Below, piece by piece: positions 58,570 to 64,000 of a stretch of DNA of 64,000 bases. Below the pieces are notes generated by a model. That model did not search any database. It had not been told where the DNA came from and saw only the letters and a program-made list of their open reading frames with translations. How positions within the stretch are numbered: position 1 is the first letter of the stretch; each line of letters opens with the position of its first letter. A program made the translations under genes and the position numbers. This DNA comes from a virus. Where the stretch lies: the IMG/VR virus record IMGVR_UViG_3300037067_026753. The stretch is one strand, 5' to 3'.

Positions 58570-59088
58570 TTATGCTGTTGCTGCTTTACCGATTTCATTT
58601 CTCTTATCATCAAATGTACCAGGACCAATAGAAATCCATTCTTCATCACCTAATTGAGATGAAGCAAAAGCCGCAGGATCATCTTTATTCGGATCATGTT
58701 CAATTGGATGTGATGCCTCTTTACCAGCAGGATCTAACCAATCTTCGGTGCCCATCTCCATAGACATAGGATCATCAGTGTCTTCCCAAGCTTTTTCTTC
58801 ATCGTAGTCATCATCAGCCATTTCTTCAACGCCCGACTGATATGCTTCTTCCATTTTACCAAGAGCTTCAAGTTCTCTTGAAATTCTCATAAGTTTCTTG
58901 GCAAGTCTCTTTTTTCTGTTTGCAATGGAAGCAGCTCTATGAGCAGGATCTCTCTTGTCATTACCCCAGTTATTCTCCGGAGCAACTTCTTGTTCATGAT
59001 CCAATCCAACCTGCGGTCCATCATAACCAATCGCTTCACGGCATGCGCCAATCTCATCGAGATATGAAGCCTGTTTCTTTTCCATCAT
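58570..59088 (-). CDS. Strongly acidic protein (172 aa).
   Basis: D/E-rich runs such as EEMADDDYDEEKAWEDTDDPMSMEMGTEDW. Confidence 0.35.
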   Translation of the reverse strand: MMEKKQASYLDEIGACREAIGYDGPQVGLDHEQEVAPENNWGNDKRDPAHRAASIANRKKRLAKKLMRISRELEALGKMEEAYQSGVEEMADDDYDEEKAWEDTDDPMSMEMGTEDWLDPAGKEASHPIEHDPNKDDPAAFASSQLGDEEWISIGPGTFDDKRNEIGKAATA

Positions 59089-59129
59089 TATCCTCCTTAG
59101 GAAATGTCTTAATTTGTTTTATGTGAAAA

Positions 59130-59420
59130 TCATCCAAAACGATGATAATGTCTTAATCCTCTACGACGTTTTAATTGTGTTCTATGTATTGAACGATATC
59201 TTTTCATTCTTGTTCTTAATTTTTGTCTATGTGTTTTATAGTAGAGTTTTCTCTTTGTTCTTGTAGTTCCTCTACTTTTTCTTGGCCTTTTAATTCTAAA
59301 TCGATAACGAGCTGCCACTTCCATTGCAACTTTATCAAGTATGTCAGCTAGATCTGCGCGATTATATTTGTCTTCTAATTCGTCAGCATAATCATGCAAT
59401 TTTGCTAGAATAGAGAACAT
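59130..59420 (-). CDS. Small protein with an extremely Arg/Lys-rich C-terminus (the table lists 59130..59489; a start at 59420 is preferred).
   Basis: An ATG at 59418..59420 is preceded by GGAGG with 6-nt spacing. The C-terminus is RIKRPRKSRGTTRTKRKLYYKTHRQKLRTRMKRYRSIHRTQLKRRRGLRHYHRFG. Confidence 0.4.
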   Translation of the reverse strand: MFSILAKLHDYADELEDKYNRADLADILDKVAMEVAARYRFRIKRPRKSRGTTRTKRKLYYKTHRQKLRTRMKRYRSIHRTQLKRRRGLRHYHRFG

Positions 59421-60441
59421 CAGTCGCCTCCGAATCATATCTATATAAAAAATTAAAACAAGACAAAATCTCATTACAAGTACAAGCAAATTTCATTTTA
59501 TAGACACATAATTCATCTACAATAGCAAAATCTAATTTGTTTTGTTGACAAAACTTTCTTGCGGCATCGAATTTTAAATGATTATTTTCAGTATCTATAA
59601 AAACACTTGGTTTTATTTCGATTAAAATGCAATTATTTTTAAGACAAATTAAAACATCAGGAACATAATTTCTTATATAATCTTTTAGATAAGGTATACG
59701 AATAGGTTCGACATAATAACCAATAACATCATCAAATTTTTCTAAAGATTCGAATACTTGTAATTCCAGACTTGATCTATAATAAAATTTTAAATTGTTC
59801 TTATGTGATTTGAAAAACCCAGTTTTGTATTTTGAACGTTTATCTATTTTTTCTAACATTTTTGCTGAAGCAATTGAAATCTTTGATCTTGCTTCTAAAG
59901 TATGATGTTTGCCAAAAAAACCATTATTTTTTCCAGAATTAGCTTTACTTATTTTTTGCTTTGTATCATAAGAATGATAATAACCATTTTGTTCGGCAGT
60001 TTTCTTTCTTGTTTTTTTATTTTTTTCAATTGCATCTAGAGTTGGTTTTTTCCCAAACATCCAACTCCCAAATTTTCTATCTTTTGCTATTTTAGACATT
60101 TTCTTTGAGAATTTTAAAAGTCTTGTATCAGTTTCTTTTGTTAAACCCTTAGACCATGATACATGACCTTCGTGTTTTCTGCCCTTGTTACTTCTAGAAA
60201 TAGCTTGATTATGTTGAGTCGTATTAGATTTGTGTCTTCTTGCATGCCCTTTTATAAACTTTATTCCAAGTCTCATTTTCTCCCAAGAAATAATTTTCCC
60301 GCATCCGCAAAGACAATAACAAAAAGTTGATTCTAAAGTCTTTCTACAATTATCACAAAATTTTGTCCGATTTGAATTTGCTTGGAATTCATTAGAACAT
60401 TTAGAGCAAACTTTGCGAATTTTATTTTTTAGAACTCTCAT
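59392..60441 (-). CDS. Freestanding homing-type endonuclease with NUMOD3-like DNA-binding repeats and a C-terminal PD-(D/E)xK-like domain.
   Basis: N-terminal zinc ribbons (CSKCSNEF...CDNCRK, CYCLCGCGK). NUMOD3-like repeats SKANSGKNNGFFGKHHTLEARSKIS and GHVSWSKGLTKETDTRL. The C-terminus PDVLICLKNNCILIEIKP is a D..E.K-type motif. Confidence 0.5.
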   Translation of the reverse strand: MRVLKNKIRKVCSKCSNEFQANSNRTKFCDNCRKTLESTFCYCLCGCGKIISWEKMRLGIKFIKGHARRHKSNTTQHNQAISRSNKGRKHEGHVSWSKGLTKETDTRLLKFSKKMSKIAKDRKFGSWMFGKKPTLDAIEKNKKTRKKTAEQNGYYHSYDTKQKISKANSGKNNGFFGKHHTLEARSKISIASAKMLEKIDKRSKYKTGFFKSHKNNLKFYYRSSLELQVFESLEKFDDVIGYYVEPIRIPYLKDYIRNYVPDVLICLKNNCILIEIKPSVFIDTENNHLKFDAARKFCQQNKLDFAIVDELCVYKMKFACTCNEILSCFNFLYRYDSEATDVLYSSKIA

Positions 60442-60796
60442 TTTTGCTCTTCTTGATCTTTTCTTCCATTTGTTTTAATAAAGTATAATAAAGTTCCCCA
60501 TCTGATTCTGCAAGATGGTCCAAGGCAATTCGCTTTGTTACATCTTCATCAGGTGTATGCTCTTTCTCTACTTCAATCCCCATTTTCAATTCATTTTGAT
60601 CGACATCTTCTTCACTAATCCCTTTTTCATTTGCTCTCCCGCTTGTAAGAAATGTTACAAACTTTGTTGCAAGTTTATAAATTTCAGCTTCAACTTCATG
60701 CACATCATAATCCTGAGCTTCTGCCCATGCATGCAGATCAGCATCTTTAGGGTTAGGATTAAGTTTTAGAAAAAATATTATGTCTTCTCTTAACAT
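60422..60796 (-). CDS. Hypothetical acidic protein downstream of the capsid gene (124 aa).
   Basis: ORF only. Confidence 0.35.
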   Translation of the reverse strand: MLREDIIFFLKLNPNPKDADLHAWAEAQDYDVHEVEAEIYKLATKFVTFLTSGRANEKGISEEDVDQNELKMGIEVEKEHTPDEDVTKRIALDHLAESDGELYYTLLKQMEEKIKKSKNESSKK

Positions 60797-60949
60797 TATA
60801 AAACCTCTTACAAGTTATTAGAGCACTACTAATAAAAACAGTAGAATATTCAACATTAGAATGCAAATAAAATATGATGCAATTATTTCAAACAAAAAGC
60901 CCCGCCTTGTTTCCAGGGCAGGGCTCAAAACTAATAATATTTCAATTAG

Positions 60950-61828
60950 TTATGGACGTGTAACTTCAATCAAGCTTACACCGCGCGGATTCCATACACC
61001 AATTCCGATTTGTTCGAAAATTGACCAACCAATGAGGCGGTTATCCGGATCATCAGCGGGAAGAACTGTAATGTCAATTCTCTGCGGCATAACTGCAAGG
61101 AACTTCTCTTCGGTGCATACAAAGACTGTACCAATCGGAACTACCCTGCTAACAATGATATCGGCACCCCAGATCTGAGCCATCAAACCTGTGTTCAACA
61201 AACTCTTCTGAGTTACGGGGTCCAACTGGTCGCGACCAAACTTACGGATGTCAGAATAATCTCTGGCATTCATGAACAGACGTGCAACACGAAGGTCATG
61301 TTTCTCAACTTCAGCAAAAGCATCAGCAAGCGCATCCCTGTCAAGAGACGGTGTTGCTGGTGTAACTGCGTTGAAAGGAAGACCAGTGTTTGGGTTGATC
61401 TGAGCAGCCGCAACTTGGAGGGCATTGAAACCAAGATCATCTTCACTTGCCTGGATGTCCTGTTTTGCCTTGTCCTGAGCACGGTCAATCAGATTGTACC
61501 GACGTTCTTTAATCTGGGTAAACGGAATTTTCGGGTTCGAAGCAAGTTCGAACAACGGAACGAGAATTCTTTTACCTTTGACGATAGTTTCTGGTGTCTG
61601 GCCTTCTTCACCGATGACGATGGCCGGAACATCAACGTCTCTGTCATAGTACGGAAGAGCACCCTGAGGCAGAGGATCTACAACTGCTGCCCGACGGAAC
61701 ACACCCTCATAGTCCAGACGTTCACGGAGGGGATTCTGCATCGATGCAGCAAGCTTCATCTTTCCTTCTGGGGAAAGCAAGAGCTTCTCAATGGCTCTTT
61801 CTTTGTCAGCTGCTGTCGTGATTTTCAT
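60950..61828 (-). CDS. Major capsid protein, HK97 fold (292 aa).
   Basis: The size and the C-terminal pattern ..GLMAQIWGADIIVSRVVPIGTVFVCTEEKFLAVMPQRIDITVLP..GWSIFEQIGIGVWNPRGVSLIEV are typical of HK97-like coat proteins. It sits after scaffold-like and decoration-like genes, as in lambda Nu3-D-E. Confidence 0.55.
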   Translation of the reverse strand: MKITTAADKERAIEKLLLSPEGKMKLAASMQNPLRERLDYEGVFRRAAVVDPLPQGALPYYDRDVDVPAIVIGEEGQTPETIVKGKRILVPLFELASNPKIPFTQIKERRYNLIDRAQDKAKQDIQASEDDLGFNALQVAAAQINPNTGLPFNAVTPATPSLDRDALADAFAEVEKHDLRVARLFMNARDYSDIRKFGRDQLDPVTQKSLLNTGLMAQIWGADIIVSRVVPIGTVFVCTEEKFLAVMPQRIDITVLPADDPDNRLIGWSIFEQIGIGVWNPRGVSLIEVTRP

Positions 61829-61898
61829 GGAAATCTCCTTTAACTTACTGTTGCTTGTTTGTGAATACTTAGAACTTGTTACTTTTTGCGTCTTTCAG

Positions 61899-62387
61899 TT
61901 AGATCATCAGATCAAAACCAAGCCAAGGATCCGTCGGTGTCGGTGCCTTAGAGACACGACCAACGATATTGCTTGTTGTGTTTTCTGTTGTGAGAAGACC
62001 GAAATCACTAACATAGAGAAGAGCGCCAGCTACATAGGCGACATCGCCTGAATCAGCTTCATTGCGAGTCTCATAAATGTCAGTTTCAAACGATCCCATC
62101 GAACGCATAACAGTAACTTTACCCGAAGCAACAGCTGGAGTATTTTCGAACGGTGAGCCTGCAGCATCGTTGAGAAAGATCCCGACAGCCGTATGGTCGT
62201 TACTGATATCGACCTCGTAATTGTCGGAATACATCGCAACCATACCTGCCAGGACTCCGTCCGGTGTGTCAGCCGTAATCCGGGATGACGTAGCACCAGC
62301 AGCGCCATAGTTCTGACGAGTGAAGGCGCCAGGAGCCAATGTTGACAGAGAATTTCTGTCACCTGCGAACAGGATACGAAGTGCCAT
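61899..62387 (-). CDS. Putative head decoration or auxiliary capsid protein (162 aa).
   Basis: The call rests on its position between the scaffold and capsid genes (the lambda gpD position). The protein is Ala/Gly/Ser-rich and probably beta-rich. Confidence 0.3.
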   Translation of the reverse strand: MALRILFAGDRNSLSTLAPGAFTRQNYGAAGATSSRITADTPDGVLAGMVAMYSDNYEVDISNDHTAVGIFLNDAAGSPFENTPAVASGKVTVMRSMGSFETDIYETRNEADSGDVAYVAGALLYVSDFGLLTTENTTSNIVGRVSKAPTPTDPWLGFDLMI

Positions 62388-62510
62388 GGAACAACTCCTT
62401 ACGTTAAGTTTTACTTTTGAAAACTAGCAGCACTACTGAACAGTTAATCTGAACTTATAAAAGGTTTATAAAAGACAGAGGATTTCACCCCTGTCTTTTT
62501 ATAAAACTTA

Positions 62511-64000
62511 TTAGTCTTGTGGTGCGCCTCTCCACATCTTAGAAAGAACTTCAACTTCAGGATCACTTGTATAATCATTTTGTTCAACAAGAGAAGCATT
62601 TTTGTCGATACCAAATTCATCGACAACTTCACCATCTTCACGTTTTAAAGTTGAATGATCTGACGAACTTACTGTTTTTCCCGGATCTTTTTTTGCAGCT
62701 TCTTTTTTTGCTTCTTCTGCAACTTCATCTTTAGGAGTCTCAGAAACTTTTTCAGCAGGGGTTTCGGGCTTGTCAGCTTTCTCTTCATCTTTTGCAACTT
62801 CAGGTACAGCTTTCTCTTCTTTGCATTCAGCAAGTTTCTTTTCAATATCTTCAGCTTTCTCTTCAGCAGAATCACCAAGAGCATCTTCTTTGTCAGCTGT
62901 TTCAATATCACCTTCAGCTTCGGCTGACTCAGCAAGTTTACGATGATTTGCAGCTACCGTTCGATATGTACGTGCCAATTCAGCAAGTTTTGCCTTTTTG
63001 TCATCTGTTGCAGCTCCTTCAGGTTTTTCTTCAGCTAGTGGAACTGCTGCATCGGCCTTTTCTTCTTCAACTTTACCTGCTGGTGTCGAGTCTGGTGTTG
63101 CATTTGGAGGAAGAGCTGATGCTGCATCTTTTTCTGCTGGTACTGCGGTTTCTGGTTGTGCAACTAGATCAGCTTTTTCTTCTTTTTTTGCTTCTTCTGC
63201 TTCTACTGGTGCAGCTTCTTCAGGTTCTTTCTTAGCTTCATCATCTGCTGTCTTCATAAGGGAAATAACTTCTTCGATATGAGCAACTTTTGCTGCAGCA
63301 TCATCAGCTTTCTGATCAAGGAATTCAGCCTGCTCTTCATCATCATCTTCTTGTGCTTCGGCAGCAGCTTGACGATTGATTCTTTCGACCCGTGCCTGAC
63401 GACGAAGTTCTTTTTGAGCATCTTCAATTGAAGCAAACTCGTTTTCTCCGGCAACTTTTCTTTCAAGTCTTTCAATTTCACTATCATCGAGTTTTACGAT
63501 TTGAGCGATTTTCGCTTTAATAGTTTCATATGAATCTTCAAGTTTGCCCTCAACAACAAGTTGTTTTGCAATTGCAAGTCCTCTACGAGCTTTACGTTCG
63601 ATAGCACGATCACTACGTTCTTGAGCAAGTTTCTTTTTCAAATTTGAAATAACTGCTTTAAAACCTGCAGCTTCACTTGCAAATTTATCCTCATCTTCAT
63701 TTACATCTTCAGCAGGTTCGCCTTCGCCTTCATCTTCACCTGTACCTCCATCTTTTTCTTCAACAGAAGGATTTAAAGGTGCTGCAGGTGTCATCGGGCT
63801 TGCAACTGGTGCATCTGCACCTGCACCTTTGCCTTCAGCCTGAGTATTCACTGCCTGAACTACTTCTGAATGAAGTTCGTTTGTATCAGTAACAGCTGGT
63901 TGATCAGCTGGTGCCGCCATCTGCGCACTGGTTCTGCTTTGAAGTGTAGCAATCAAGTCCTCAGCAAATTTTTGAGCTTCAGCTGGTTCAAAAGTCTCTT
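62511..64000 (-). CDS. Scaffolding-like protein, partial at the 5' end: the ORF stays open past the window edge. It may be a protease-scaffold fusion or a longer scaffold.
   Basis: Extremely Ala/Glu/Lys/Asp-rich, coiled-coil-like and acidic. The table's start at 63956 is a TTG, and the reading frame continues uninterrupted to position 64000. Confidence 0.45.
   Translation of the reverse strand, partial: ETFEPAEAQKFAEDLIATLQSRTSAQMAAPADQPAVTDTNELHSEVVQAVNTQAEGKGAGADAPVASPMTPAAPLNPSVEEKDGGTGEDEGEGEPAEDVNEDEDKFASEAAGFKAVISNLKKKLAQERSDRAIERKARRGLAIAKQLVVEGKLEDSYETIKAKIAQIVKLDDSEIERLERKVAGENEFASIEDAQKELRRQARVERINRQAAAEAQEDDDEEQAEFLDQKADDAAAKVAHIEEVISLMKTADDEAKKEPEEAAPVEAEEAKKEEKADLVAQPETAVPAEKDAASALPPNATPDSTPAGKVEEEKADAAVPLAEEKPEGAATDDKKAKLAELARTYRTVAANHRKLAESAEAEGDIETADKEDALGDSAEEKAEDIEKKLAECKEEKAVPEVAKDEEKADKPETPAEKVSETPKDEVAEEAKKEAAKKDPGKTVSSSDHSTLKREDGEVVDEFGIDKNASLVEQNDYTSDPEVEVLSKMWRGAPQD

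Noticed and set aside
1-64000. tRNA genes, CRISPR arrays, integrase or att sites.
   Set aside because: No GTTCGAATC-type T-arm or cloverleaf candidates were found in the intergenic regions. No spacer-repeat arrays and no tyrosine or serine recombinase motifs were seen. This is by-eye scanning and cannot exclude them.

Overview
The window is AT-rich overall (the structural genes are visibly higher in GC by eye) and reads as part of a tailed-phage or prophage genome, probably a myovirus. Most genes are on the minus strand. A 15-kb block on the plus strand (33055..48051) runs divergently from a promoter region at 32898..33054.

Main recognisable features, listed from the right end of the window leftwards:
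- **Head module:** a partial Ala/Glu/Lys-rich scaffold-like gene (62511 to beyond the window edge), a small putative decoration protein, and a 292-aa HK97-fold major capsid protein (60950..61828).
- **Homing endonucleases:** four freestanding genes of HNH, HNH-AP2, NUMOD/PD-(D/E)xK and Zn-ribbon/Vsr-like types.
- **Collagen-like fiber cassettes:** three paralogous two-gene cassettes, each a long Gly-X-Thr/Gln collagen-like fiber protein followed immediately by a 7-bladed RCC1-like beta-propeller protein (51843..55406 with 50596..51831; 33055..35313 with 35322..36533; 36601..39252 with 39273..40508).
- **Glycosylation islands:** two clusters rich in glycosyltransferases (GT2, GT4, GT8/GT9, TPR-GT2) and sugar-type SAM O-methyltransferases, at 12026..19516 and 40755..49675. 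The first includes a 1273-aa five-module glycosyltransferase.
- **Tail genes:** a 1359-aa tail fiber with seven 'RVGIGTTNP..LHV' repeats, and a 905-aa protein whose termini look like a contractile tail sheath.
- **Other:** an actin-like (ParM/MreB-fold) ATPase at 9696..10772, several small paralogous gene families, three clear rho-independent terminators on the minus strand, and a 340-bp regulatory intergenic region containing a perfect 18-bp palindrome.

The most interesting hypothesis is that this phage builds glycosylated, methyl-sugar-decorated collagen-like fibers (analogous to BclA or Mimivirus fibrils) and uses the alternative fiber/propeller cassettes as receptor-binding modules.

Every functional call here comes from motif reading by eye. 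No database search was run.
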